DNA of 64,000 nucleotides from an uncultured Candidatus Rokubacteria bacterium. GTDB taxonomy: Bacteria; Methylomirabilota; Methylomirabilia; Rokubacteriales; CSP1-6. The position numbers and the translations under genes were made by a program. How positions within the stretch are numbered: the stretch's first letter is position 1; every line of letters begins with the position of its first letter. The DNA is taken from assembly GCA_963754315.1 (NCBI GenBank), contig CAVWFS010000008.1:256001-320000 (forward strand). The letters are read 5' to 3'. Shown here one piece after another: positions 29,866 through 39,355 of this stretch. Under the pieces are notes generated by a model that had not been told where the DNA came from, did no database searches, and was given only the letters and a program-made list of their open reading frames with translations.

Positions 29866-31332
29866 CTACGACTGCGGCGACCCGGTCGCCAAGTCGCTCA
29901 GAAGCTGCGCAGTCGTGCGGACCCCCTGGAAGAGGTGGTCGAGTCGCAGATGCTCGTTCGGGCTGTGCTGGCGGTTGTTGGCGTTGGCGTACGGCACGAG
30001 CAGGGTCGGGAGCTTCAAGATGTCGGTGAACGCCCAGATTGGCACGCTGCCACCCAGGGTTGGCATCAGCACTGCGCGCTGGCCGCCGTGGGCCCGCTCG
30101 ATGGCCGCGATGATCTGGCGGCTGATCGGTAGATCGAGTGGTGTCTTTGCGGGGTCGTATCCGCCTTTGTCGACCACACGCACCGAGCGTCCACGCAGCT
30201 CATCGGGCAGCGGTGCATCGGGGGACTCGAGGACGGTGAAGCCCTGGGCACGGATGTGCTCGAGCAGGCGACGGTAGACCTTCTCCCACCGCTGGTTCTT
30301 CACCATCCGGATATCGATGGACACGGTGGCGCGGTGGGGGATGATCGTGTTGGCCTCGGCGCCCACGAAGCCACTGGAGAGTCCTCGAATGGTCAACGTC
30401 GGATGGAACATGATGCGCTCGAGGTAATCGGCGGGCAAGCGGACCCCCAGTTCCTTCTCGAGAGCGGGTAGATCCAGGGGAAGCTCCGCCATCATCCGCT
30501 GCTCGGCCGCCGTCGGCCCGACCGCGTCTTCTTCGAAGCCCTCGATGAGCGGGTCGCCGTCAGGGGTGGCCATGGAGGCGAGCAGACCGTTGAGCTTCCA
30601 GGCGGGATTGGGGACGGCGAAGTTTCCCGAGTGCAGGTCGCGCCGGGCTCCCTCGACGACCAGCTCGATCTTCATGACCCCGCGCGCGCCGCCGGTGATC
30701 GTCGGACGTCCGCTTGCGTGCTTGGGCCCGTCCGTCACGATGACCACGTCGGCGGCGAGCAGGTCGCGGTGTGCCTCGGTGAAGGGACCGAAGAACGGGC
30801 TGCCGATCTCCTCCTCGCCGTCGAAGATGAACTTCACGTTGACGGCGGGCGCGGGCCCCACTGCGTCGATCAGCTCCATCGCGGTGAGATGACTCCAGAT
30901 CGGCCCCTTGTCGTCCGATGCACCCCGCGCGTGAAGCAGGAGATCGCCCAGCCCGTCGTCAGTCACGTCGGCGAGCGGCACGGGGGCCGCCCCGGTCTCG
31001 GCGAGGCCCCGTCGAAGAACGGGCTCGAGCGGGTTCGGCTGGAGCCAGCCCTTGAGGACAATGGGCTTGGTGTCGTAGTGGCAGTAGAACAGCACGGTGC
31101 GCGTGGCGTCCGGTACCTTGCGCTCGCCGAACACGGCGGGGTTGCCGCCGGTCTCGAGCACGCGGCCCCCGAGGCCTCGCGCGCGCATCTGGGCCGCCAG
31201 CCATTCGCCGGTGGCGCGGACTTTGTCCGGCTCCTGGCTGACGGAGTTGAGGCGGAGGAAGTCGACGAAGCTCTCGACGATAGCGCGCCGGCGAGAGGCG
31301 AGCAGGCGGTCGAACGCGGTCCAGTCGGTCAT
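29866..31332 (-). CDS. M20 family metallopeptidase/amidohydrolase
   Basis: HYDTKP, ARGASDDKG, DGEEEIGS, DLHSG, QHSPNE. Confidence 0.9.
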   Translation of the reverse strand: MTDWTAFDRLLASRRRAIVESFVDFLRLNSVSQEPDKVRATGEWLAAQMRARGLGGRVLETGGNPAVFGERKVPDATRTVLFYCHYDTKPIVLKGWLQPNPLEPVLRRGLAETGAAPVPLADVTDDGLGDLLLHARGASDDKGPIWSHLTAMELIDAVGPAPAVNVKFIFDGEEEIGSPFFGPFTEAHRDLLAADVVIVTDGPKHASGRPTITGGARGVMKIELVVEGARRDLHSGNFAVPNPAWKLNGLLASMATPDGDPLIEGFEEDAVGPTAAEQRMMAELPLDLPALEKELGVRLPADYLERIMFHPTLTIRGLSSGFVGAEANTIIPHRATVSIDIRMVKNQRWEKVYRRLLEHIRAQGFTVLESPDAPLPDELRGRSVRVVDKGGYDPAKTPLDLPISRQIIAAIERAHGGQRAVLMPTLGGSVPIWAFTDILKLPTLLVPYANANNRQHSPNEHLRLDHLFQGVRTTAQLLSDLATGSPQS

Positions 31333-31421
31333 GACGCGAAGATACCTCAGCGGTCGAACGTGCTGCCATGCGCCGCCCAGAATGAACCGCGGTCCGCGTC
31401 GCCGCCCGCTATACTTCGAGC

Positions 31422-31679
31422 ATGGCGACGGAGGAAGAGCTGCGACGGTGGGTCGGCAGGTATCGAGCGGCCGAGCAGCGGGAGCGTGAAGAGGCCCTCG
31501 CGATCGGGCCCAGACCCCAGACCGCCATCGTGGGAGCCCTGGCCCTCGTTGCTCTGGCGGGGCGCCTGCACGGTTGGCCCGTTGCCGCCGATGCCGTCGA
31601 TCGGCGCGAGGACGCCATCGTGCGCGCCAGATGGGACCGGCTCCGGGCAGTTCTCCTGCAGCGTGAACGAACGGGCTGA
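31422..31679 (+). CDS. Small helical protein, putative partner of the downstream nucleotidyltransferase
   Basis: 85 aa; TATACT 6 nt before the ATG; overlaps the downstream GTG at 31663. Confidence 0.65.
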   Translation: MATEEELRRWVGRYRAAEQREREEALAIGPRPQTAIVGALALVALAGRLHGWPVAADAVDRREDAIVRARWDRLRAVLLQRERTG

Positions 31680-32239
31680 CCAGGCCCTCCTCGACGCCGC
31701 GCTCGGTGCGGCCGCGCCGTCGATGCTCCCTCGATGATCATCGGAGGCACGCGGTCATCGCGCGCGGGGTGACGCGGCAACGATGGACGTCGACGACACC
31801 GTCTGGGGACTCGCTGACCTGAGACCTTGGCCGAGGCTCTGGCGCGGCATCATCTGGTGCCCCGAATCGCCGACGCGATCGAATTCGCGCGACAGCACCA
31901 GATCCTTCTGCTCGAACACAGGGCTTCGGGAACCCCGGTGGACGTCCGGACTAGCCTGGCTACCGTTCGAACGCCAGGCCTTGGAGCGGGCAACCATTGT
32001 GGACTTCGGCGGCGTGCCCGTGCGGCGTCGCGACCCCGAGGATCTGATCATCTACAAAGCCGTGGCGTGGGGCCGTGACGGGCCGATATGAGCGTCTGCT
32101 CGTACTGCAGAGACTCAGGTTGATCTACGTCGCGTTCGAGACCTCGTGCGTGAATCGCCAGGCCCTCGACGAGCCCCGGCGGGTCGAGGAGTTCGAAGCC
32201 CTTGTGGTTCGCGCGCTCGGCATTGACCGTCAAAAGTAG
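31663..32239 (+). pseudogene. Pol-beta-like (AbiEii/MenT/DUF6036-type) nucleotidyltransferase with multiple frameshifts
   Basis: Fragments across frames: MIIGG/AVIARGVTR/TMDVD, LVPRIADAIEFARQHQILLLEH..GTPVDV, LAWLPFERQALERA, PEDLIIYKAVAW, LDEPRRVEEFE. Confidence 0.72.
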
Positions 32240-32257
32240 CCGTGAGCCCGAGCGCCG

Positions 32258-32294
32258 TCATCAGGCGAGCGCCATCACGGCGCTCACCTGATGA
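32258..32294. terminator. Stem-loop between convergent genes
   Basis: TCATCAGGCGAGCGCC-atcac-GGCGCTCACCTGATGA, 16-bp stem with one mismatch. Confidence 0.5.
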
Positions 32295-32375
32295 TCTCGT
32301 CTGCGCGATCAGCAGGGAGCGATCTAGGGTGGCGGGTCTCGTGAACGGCAGCGCGGAACGACTGTGAAGAGGCGA

Positions 32376-33494
32376 TCAGGCGCTGGCGGCCGACGACGTC
32401 CAGGGGATCGTGCGCTTGCGCAGTTCGTCCTCGTCGAGCTCCAGGCCCAGTCCGGGCGCGTCGGAGAGGACGAACTTGCCCTGTACGGGGCGAACCGGAG
32501 TCTTGAACACCACGTCCTGGATCTCGCGGGGACCGTTGTACTCCGCCGGGTGGTGGGAGTGGGTGAGCGAGGCCACGAAGTGCAGGTTGGCGGTGTGGCC
32601 GATCGAGGGCTGCGTCTGATGGGGCACGAGATCGACGCCGTAGGCGCGCGCGAGGGCCGCCATGTCACCGAGACCCGTGAAGCCGCCCGTCTTCACGATG
32701 TCGGGCTGGACGATGTCCACGCCCGCCTCGATGAGTCGCTTGATCCCCTGCAGCGTGTATTCTTGCTCACCGGCCGAGACAGCGATGTCGAGGGCAGCCG
32801 CTACCTTGGCGAAGCTCTCCACGTGGTAATGCTGCACGGGCTCCTCGAACCACACGTAACCCAGCTCCTCCAGCGCGCGGCCGACGCGAATGGCGCCCTG
32901 GACTGAATAGCCGTTGTTGGAGTCGAAGGCGAGCGGGAAGTCGTCGCCCACCAGTTTGCGTACGGCCCGGGCCTTGGCGATATCGCCGGCGAGGTCCACG
33001 TCGCGCGCGGTCTTGTCGGCGTCGAAGCGGATCTTGACCTGGGCCGGGCCCAACGGGAGCCACTGCTCGACCACGCGACAGACTTCGTCCACGGTGCGCT
33101 GGCCGTTGCCCCCGATCGAGGCGTAAAAGGGAAGCTCGCGCCGCCAGGCTCCGCCCAGGAGCTGCCACACCGGCTGGCCCAGGAGCTTGCCCTTCAGATC
33201 CCACAGGGCGATGTCGATGGCGGCCAGCGCTCCTGCATACGCGCCCTCCGGGCCGAGCTTGATGTGCTGGTGAAACAGCCGGTCCTGGATCACGCGCGCC
33301 TGCAGGGGATCGGCGCCGAGCAGCATCGGCGTGAAGGCGCTGGCGATGATTTCAAGCGAGGCGTTGCCGTGCACCATGGGGCTGGCCTCGCCGAGACCGT
33401 AGGCACCGTCGTCGGTCCATACCCGCACCCAGGCGCTGCGGGTCCGTGCCCCGCCCCAGTCCACGTGGAATGCCTCGACCCGCGCGATCTTCAC
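32376..33494 (-). CDS. Mandelate racemase/muconate lactonizing enzyme family (enolase superfamily)
   Basis: DIALWDLKGK, FDSN, WFEEP, AGEQ, VQPD, PGLG. Confidence 0.9.
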   Translation of the reverse strand: MKIARVEAFHVDWGGARTRSAWVRVWTDDGAYGLGEASPMVHGNASLEIIASAFTPMLLGADPLQARVIQDRLFHQHIKLGPEGAYAGALAAIDIALWDLKGKLLGQPVWQLLGGAWRRELPFYASIGGNGQRTVDEVCRVVEQWLPLGPAQVKIRFDADKTARDVDLAGDIAKARAVRKLVGDDFPLAFDSNNGYSVQGAIRVGRALEELGYVWFEEPVQHYHVESFAKVAAALDIAVSAGEQEYTLQGIKRLIEAGVDIVQPDIVKTGGFTGLGDMAALARAYGVDLVPHQTQPSIGHTANLHFVASLTHSHHPAEYNGPREIQDVVFKTPVRPVQGKFVLSDAPGLGLELDEDELRKRTIPWTSSAASA

Positions 33495-33495
33495 G

Positions 33496-34263
33496 TCAGC
33501 GGCCCTTGCGGGCGATGAAGTCCGGGAAGGCCGCCTCGGCCTTGGCGCCCCTCATCACGTTGGTGGTGTAGTCACGCTCGTTCGACCACTGCTCTTCCAG
33601 GTTGGCCCCGAGGTCCTGAAGCAACAAAGCCTTGACCCCCGTCACCGCTTCCCGACGATTCTTGGCGATCATGGTGGCCAGCCACATGGTCTTCTCGCGG
33701 AGCTGATCGCAGGGGACCAGGTGATTGAGAAGGCCGATACGATGGGCCTCCTCCGCCTCCACGATGCGGCCGGAGAAGAGCAGCTCCTTGGCGATGGGCC
33801 AACCGACCTGGTTCGGCAAGGTCCACGTGCTGTTGATCCGACCGTAGGCCGCGGCCAGAAACCGAAAGCTGGCATGCTCGCACCCGATCCGCATGTCGAG
33901 TGACGAGGCCAGCACCCCGGCTCCCCCGTAGGCCAGACCGTTGATCATCCCGATCGTTGGCTTGGGGCAGGCGCTGATCTCGTAGCTGCCGCGCGCGCGG
34001 ATGGCGGCGCGGGAGTCCAGCTCGGCCTGGGAAAGCTTGCGATCGTCCTCGCGCTGCTCGTGGATATCGCCTCCCGCCGAAAACGCACGGTTGCCGGCCC
34101 CGGTGATGACGATGCATCCGACCTCATCGTCGACGCTCATGCGGGTGACGGCATCGTGCAGCTCGGCGCTGAGCTGATAGTTCATGGCATTGAGCTGCTC
34201 GGGGCGGTTCATGGTGAGAATCGCGACGCCCTGCGTTTTCTCGGCGAGCACATAGTCCGCCAT
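33496..34263 (-). CDS. Enoyl-CoA hydratase/isomerase family protein
   Basis: MNRPEQLNA, AFSAGGD, INGLAYGG; start MADYV with GGAGG RBS. Confidence 0.88.
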   Translation of the reverse strand: MADYVLAEKTQGVAILTMNRPEQLNAMNYQLSAELHDAVTRMSVDDEVGCIVITGAGNRAFSAGGDIHEQREDDRKLSQAELDSRAAIRARGSYEISACPKPTIGMINGLAYGGAGVLASSLDMRIGCEHASFRFLAAAYGRINSTWTLPNQVGWPIAKELLFSGRIVEAEEAHRIGLLNHLVPCDQLREKTMWLATMIAKNRREAVTGVKALLLQDLGANLEEQWSNERDYTTNVMRGAKAEAAFPDFIARKGR

Positions 34264-34348
34264 CCAATCCTCCTCCTGCGTAAATCCACGTGCTGAGTCC
34301 GGCCGGCGATCCGCGGCGGGGGGTGCTTCGCGCGACTCGGAAGCGCTT

Positions 34349-35668
34349 CTACCGGCCGGCGCCCTGTCCACTCGACGCGATGAGCCGCTCCCTCGCTCCC
34401 TCTACCCATGGGACGTCCTTCGGGAGGAGCACGGAGGCGGGGCGAACGCGATAGGTGGCGGGATCGAGTCCCGGCGGCATCGTGCGCTGGGTCCTGAGGG
34501 CGAGAGCCGCGTCCAGCAGTCGCTTGCGCACCCGGATGATGCCGAGATCCGCCCGCCCCAGGCGCTCCAGCGAGCGGTCATAGCTGGCCTGACTCTCGGT
34601 GATGGCCTTGTCCTGCGCACCCACGCCGGGCACGCCGAAGAACTTCCGGGTCCGCTGGGCCTCCCAGTCGGCGAGATAGTCGTTGGGGCGGTTGGCGCGC
34701 GGCCGGATGTCGCCGTAGGCCTCGTTGGTCGGCGGCGCGTACTCGGTGACGTGGATACTGGAGCCCGCGTGGAATTGCGCCCGCTCGTCCGCGGTGATGG
34801 CGCGCGTCGGGTGCCACGAGACGCACCAGTTTACGAGATGGTCGTCATCGACGGGAACCCACACGTGGGTATGGAAGAGAGGATCGCTTCCGACCTCGGA
34901 GGGCGGCATCGTGTGGAATGGGAGCAGGTACTGGGTGATTCGCCAGTAGTACTGGCCCGCCGGCGCCTCGCGCCGGGCTCCGATCAGTAACCCGGTCTCG
35001 GTATCGGCGACCTCGATGTGAGGGGCTCGCTCGAGCTGGGCCGTGAATGCGAAGCCCGCCGCCGCGTGCTCGAGGGCGCGCCGTCCCTCGTCGTCCCGCA
35101 CGTCCAGGATGCCGTGCAGGAACGAGATATGCGCGGGATCGACGCCGCCTTCGAGCGCCTGGAGATAGTTGCACTCCTGCCAGAACTTCGAGACGAACCG
35201 CTGCGCCTCCGGCACCAGCGCCCACTCGAGGTCGGGCAGCCCGGGCGGCGGGCTGGCCGGTCCCATGTAGGTCCAGACCACGCCCCCGCGCTCGGCGCAC
35301 GGGTAGGCGGGCAGAGTGACCTTGTCCTGGAAATTGCTCTCGGGCCGCTCGTTCGGCATGTCCACGCAGCGGCCGTCCGCCTCGTACTGCCAGCCGTGGT
35401 ACACGCAGCGGAGCCCCCGCTCCTCGTTGCGCGCAAAGTACAGGGAGGCGCGGCGATGGGCGCAGAACTCGGCGAGGACTCCAACCCGCCCACTGGGGGT
35501 GCGGAAGGTCACGAGCTCTTCGCCGAGAATCCTGACACGCTTGGGGCGCCCGCCCGCCGCGATCTCCGAGGACTGCACCACGGGGATCCAGTACTGCCGC
35601 ATCAGATCGCCCATGAGCGTGCCGGGGCCTACTCTCGTCAGCTCCGTGTTCTCTTGTGCGGTCAGCAT
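34349..35668 (-). CDS. Rieske non-heme iron oxygenase alpha subunit (phthalate 4,5-dioxygenase/O-demethylase-like)
   Basis: CAHR...CVYHGW Rieske motif, EGGVDPAHISFLH, QDKAITESQ. Confidence 0.9.
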   Translation of the reverse strand: MLTAQENTELTRVGPGTLMGDLMRQYWIPVVQSSEIAAGGRPKRVRILGEELVTFRTPSGRVGVLAEFCAHRRASLYFARNEERGLRCVYHGWQYEADGRCVDMPNERPESNFQDKVTLPAYPCAERGGVVWTYMGPASPPPGLPDLEWALVPEAQRFVSKFWQECNYLQALEGGVDPAHISFLHGILDVRDDEGRRALEHAAAGFAFTAQLERAPHIEVADTETGLLIGARREAPAGQYYWRITQYLLPFHTMPPSEVGSDPLFHTHVWVPVDDDHLVNWCVSWHPTRAITADERAQFHAGSSIHVTEYAPPTNEAYGDIRPRANRPNDYLADWEAQRTRKFFGVPGVGAQDKAITESQASYDRSLERLGRADLGIIRVRKRLLDAALALRTQRTMPPGLDPATYRVRPASVLLPKDVPWVEGARERLIASSGQGAGR

Positions 35669-35795
35669 TGCCGGTCCCTCCGTCGGCATGCCGGACATGG
35701 CCGTGTCAAACTCGGTCTGGTGCGCCTACCGTAGCTGCACGGGGCGACCGACGTCAATGGCCGTGCACGCCGGACGATGGACACGGGGCGCGTGC

Positions 35796-36449
35796 TCATG
35801 TCGTCCGGGCAGAAGCCGTCCGCAACCGCTCCCGCAGGCGCGCTCGCAGCCCCTCCACGATGGCTGGCGGCGCCTTCTCCGGTGAGCCGGCATCGAAGGG
35901 CGGTTGAGGATCGTATTCGATGCCGAGCTGGATCATCTGCGCCACCTCGGCCCCGGCGATGCGGGCGGCGAGCATCAGCGCCATGTCGATCCCCGACGAC
36001 ACGCCAGCTGCGGTGACGATCTTGCCCTGCTCGACGACCCGCCGGGCGGTGGGCTTGGCGCCCAGCCCGCGAAGCTCATCCATCACCGTCCAATGCGTGG
36101 TGGCTTCGAGGCCACGCAGCAGGCCCGCCGCGCCGAGGAGCAGCGAGCCGGTGCACACGGACGTGGTCCACTGGGTCGTCTCGTGGGCGGTGCGGATCCA
36201 GTCGAGCAGGGGATTCGGCGTCATGAGGGCCCGGGTGCCGAAGCCCCCCGGGACCATGATTATCTCCGGGTGCGGCACCGCCGAGAGGGGCTCATCAGCC
36301 ACAAGGGCTAGGTGCTTGTCCGTCCGCTTGGGTCCCGGCTCGACGGCCACGAAGCGCACGCGTGCCCCGGGCAGACGCGAGAGCACCTCGTAGGGGCCGA
36401 TGGCGTCCAGGGCAGTGATGCCGTCGAACAGCGGAATGGCGATGTCCAT
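35796..36449 (-). CDS. DJ-1/PfpI family protein
   Basis: LDAIGPYEVL, VPGG, SVCTG, AAGVSSGID, EYDPQPPF. Confidence 0.9.
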   Translation of the reverse strand: MDIAIPLFDGITALDAIGPYEVLSRLPGARVRFVAVEPGPKRTDKHLALVADEPLSAVPHPEIIMVPGGFGTRALMTPNPLLDWIRTAHETTQWTTSVCTGSLLLGAAGLLRGLEATTHWTVMDELRGLGAKPTARRVVEQGKIVTAAGVSSGIDMALMLAARIAGAEVAQMIQLGIEYDPQPPFDAGSPEKAPPAIVEGLRARLRERLRTASARTT

Positions 36450-36552
36450 GGAGGCTCCTCCTTGCTTGGCCAGCAGTTGAGTGTGCGCGGATCCCGGGAG
36501 GGCGTCAATGGACGCGTCGCCGCGCCTCGGGGCGCTACAGGCGAATGACGGG

Positions 36553-36581
36553 CTGACATATAAATGTCACGGTGATATGCT
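36553..36581 (+). promoter_or_regulatory. vapBC promoter with overlapping palindromic operator
   Basis: CTGACA-N17-TATGCT, 7 nt before ATG 36589. TGACAT-ATAA-ATGTCA (36554-36569) covers the -35. Confidence 0.7.
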
Positions 36582-36588
36582 TTGATGT

Positions 36589-36841
36589 ATGCGGACGACT
36601 GTTCGGCTTGACGACGAGCTGTTCCGGCGGACCAAGGCCCTGGCCGCCCAGACGGGTCGGACCCTCACTGCCGTGATCGAGGACGCCCTCCGGGAGGCGC
36701 TCGCGCGCCAGCGGGGATCGCACGGACGTCGGCAGGTAAGCGTTGCCGACGTTCAAGGGAAGAGGCCTCCAGCCTGGTATCGACCTCGACGACTCCGCGG
36801 GGCTACTCGAAGTCATGGATGCCGGGCGTGATCCTTCCTGA
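36589..36841 (+). CDS. vapB: VapB-type RHH antitoxin, frameshifted near 36738
   Basis: MRTTVRLDDELFRRTKALAAQTGRTLTAVIEDALR. The typical tail LPTFKGRGLQPGIDLDDSAGLLEVMD is in the next frame and ends at 36841. Confidence 0.82.
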
Positions 36842-37256
36842 CGTCAACGTGCTCGTGTATGCGTACAGGGAGGATGCGCCGAGGCACGAGCGCTATCGGC
36901 ACTGGCTGGAAAGCGTGCTCGCTGGTCAGGAAGCCTACGGTCTCGCGGATCTGGTCCTCGCGGGCTTCCTGCGTGTCGTGACACATCCGCGTGTGTTCTC
37001 CCCGCCCAGCCCAACCGCGAACGCACTCGAGTTCGCCGAGGTCTTGCGCAGTCAACGGAACTGCGTCCCCATCGCACCCGGGCAGCGTCACTGGGACATC
37101 TTCACGGGGCTCTGTCGTGCGGCGGCTGTTCGCGGTAACCTCATCCCCGACGCCTACCTGGCCGCATTGGCGATCGAATCGGGGAGTGAGTGGATGACGA
37201 CGGATCGAGACTACAGCCGCTTTCCGGGCCTGCGCTGGCGGGATCCCGGCGCCTGA
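36828..37256 (+). CDS. vapC: VapC PIN-domain toxin (actinobacterial-like)
   Basis: ILPDVNVLVYA, GFLRVVTHPR, GNLIPDAYLAALAIE, TTDRDYSRF. Confidence 0.92.
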   Translation: MILPDVNVLVYAYREDAPRHERYRHWLESVLAGQEAYGLADLVLAGFLRVVTHPRVFSPPSPTANALEFAEVLRSQRNCVPIAPGQRHWDIFTGLCRAAAVRGNLIPDAYLAALAIESGSEWMTTDRDYSRFPGLRWRDPGA

Positions 37257-37269
37257 GGAGCCACCCACC

Positions 37270-38043
37270 GTGATCCGCGTCTACGCCCTGTGCACCGGCT
37301 ACATCGAACTGGATCGTGCCAGCATGGTCTCCGACCTGGCGGCAGGTCAGCCTTGGACCGTCCCCGTCTTGAGCTTTCTCGTGGATCATCCGCGCGGGAA
37401 GCTCCTCTTCGACACGGGCGTGCACTGCCAGGCTCGCGTCGATCCGGTGGGGCGGCTTGGCCCCGAGCGGGTCAAGCGCTTGACCGTCAAGTCTCAGGCC
37501 GGCGACGACGTGGTCCCGCAGCTGGCTCGGCTTGGCCTCACTCCCCCTGACGTGCGCTACGTGGCCAACTCGCACCTGCACTTCGACCATTGCGGCGGGA
37601 ACGAATTCTTCCCGCAGGCGACCTTCCTCGTGCAGCGTCCAGAGCTCGAGTCGGCCAGGCGTCCTGGCTTCGTCCCCAGCTACAGCCCGAGCCCGATCGA
37701 CTTTGATCACCCGCTCGAGTACCAGATGATCGACGGCGAGCATGACGTCTTCGGTGACGGCACCGTCCTTCTCCTCCCGACGTACGGCCACACGCCGGGG
37801 CACCAGTCGCTCCTGGTCCGGGCCGGCAAGGGCGCGTCGATCGTGTGCGCGTCGGATGCCTGCTACACCCGCGAGAACATGGACCGCGACGTGCTGCCGA
37901 AGATCTTGTGGGACGAGTCGGTCATGCGCGACTCACTGGCCACCCTCCGCAAGCTGCGCGACCAGGCCGGCGCCACCATGTTCTATGGCCACGACCCCGC
38001 CCAGTGGGACGCCATGCCGCACGCGCCGGCCCCCGTCGTCTGA
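37270..38043 (+). CDS. N-acyl homoserine lactonase family MBL-fold hydrolase
   Basis: FDTG, SHLHFDHCG, GHTPGHQS, SDACY, GHD. Confidence 0.85.
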   Translation: MIRVYALCTGYIELDRASMVSDLAAGQPWTVPVLSFLVDHPRGKLLFDTGVHCQARVDPVGRLGPERVKRLTVKSQAGDDVVPQLARLGLTPPDVRYVANSHLHFDHCGGNEFFPQATFLVQRPELESARRPGFVPSYSPSPIDFDHPLEYQMIDGEHDVFGDGTVLLLPTYGHTPGHQSLLVRAGKGASIVCASDACYTRENMDRDVLPKILWDESVMRDSLATLRKLRDQAGATMFYGHDPAQWDAMPHAPAPVV

Positions 38044-38052
38044 GAATAGCCC

Positions 38053-39246
38053 TCAGATCGCGCCGTCCTCCGCGAGCGCGGTGATGTCCGCGTCGCTATA
38101 GCCGAGCTGAGAGAGAACCTGGTGGCGATGTTGCCCGAGCAAGGGTGACGGCCCAATCGTGGTCGGCGAGGCGGAAAGCTTGATGGGATTGCCGACGGTG
38201 ACGTAGCGGCCCCGCACCGGGTGCTGGACCTCGACAATCATCTCACGCGCTTGCAGATGGGGGTCGGTGAGGACCTCCCCGGTATCGAGGCAGGCCCCGC
38301 AGGGCACGCCGGCTCCGGCCAGGATCTTCATGACGTCGTGCTTCGTGCGCTGGGACGTCCACCCCTCCACGAGGGCATCGACTTCGTCCTTGTGCTGCCA
38401 GCGCGCCTCTGCCGTCTCGTAGCGCGGATTGCCGATGAGATCCTCGCGCTCGATGGCACGCAGGAGCGGGTGCCACATCTGCTGCTGCGCGAAGATGAAG
38501 GCGTAGTCGTTGGGGCCACCGGGATGGCAACGGTAGGTCGTCCCCGGCACCCCGGCTCCGAGCTGGTTGCCCGTGCGCCCCATCGGCTTGCCCAGACGCT
38601 GATGGTCCCGCAGGCTCACTCGGATGAGGTTCACCACGGTGTCCTGCATCGACACTTCGACTTGCTGCCCCTCGCCGGTGGCGTGGCGCTGCATGAGGGC
38701 GGCCAGGATCCCGATCACGCAGTGCATGCCGGTGCCAGAATCGCCGATGGACGGCCAGAGATACGTGGGCGGACCCTCGGGGAAGCCGGTGACGCTCATG
38801 GCCCCGCCCATGGCCTGGGCGATCGGCTCGTAGCTCTTGTAGTCGCTGTACGGACCATACGAACCGAAGCCCTTGATGCTCGCGTACACCAGCCGCGGAT
38901 TGAGTCGGTGCACCGTGGGATAGTCGAAGCCCAGACGGTGGAGCACACCGGGCCCGAAATTCTCCAGGAGCACATCCGCCGTCTTGAGCAGCGCGCCGAA
39001 AACCTCCTTGCCGCGCGGCCTCTTCAGATTGAGGGTCAGGCTCCGCTTGTTGGCGTTGAAGGAGAGAAAGAAAAGGCTGTCGGTGTCGGGGCGATCCTTC
39101 AACGTATGGCGTGCGGCATCGCCCTTATCAGGTTCTTCGACCTTGATCACGTCCGCCCCCAGCCAGGCCAGCATCTGGCCGCAGGAGGGACCGGCCTGGT
39201 TATTGGTGAGATCGACAACCCGGATACCCGTCAGCGCCTCGCCCAT
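38053..39246 (-). CDS. Family III CoA-transferase (formyl-CoA transferase-like)
   Basis: QAGPSC, LGADVIKVE, NANKRS, ENFGPG, catalytic IGDSG. Confidence 0.9.
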   Translation of the reverse strand: MGEALTGIRVVDLTNNQAGPSCGQMLAWLGADVIKVEEPDKGDAARHTLKDRPDTDSLFFLSFNANKRSLTLNLKRPRGKEVFGALLKTADVLLENFGPGVLHRLGFDYPTVHRLNPRLVYASIKGFGSYGPYSDYKSYEPIAQAMGGAMSVTGFPEGPPTYLWPSIGDSGTGMHCVIGILAALMQRHATGEGQQVEVSMQDTVVNLIRVSLRDHQRLGKPMGRTGNQLGAGVPGTTYRCHPGGPNDYAFIFAQQQMWHPLLRAIEREDLIGNPRYETAEARWQHKDEVDALVEGWTSQRTKHDVMKILAGAGVPCGACLDTGEVLTDPHLQAREMIVEVQHPVRGRYVTVGNPIKLSASPTTIGPSPLLGQHRHQVLSQLGYSDADITALAEDGAI

Positions 39247-39355
39247 CGTTCAGGACCTCCTCGCTGCCAGCATTCTACGTCGGCCCACATCGATCCTGAC
39301 TTCGGGGCGCGTCGGGTCTAGAATCGGGACAGACTACGCCAGGGAGGCCGCCGCC

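Noticed and set aside
32240..32375. Integron attC site explaining the TA cassettes
   Set aside because: No RYYYAAC/GTTRRRY ends, no shared flanks among modules, and no integrase.
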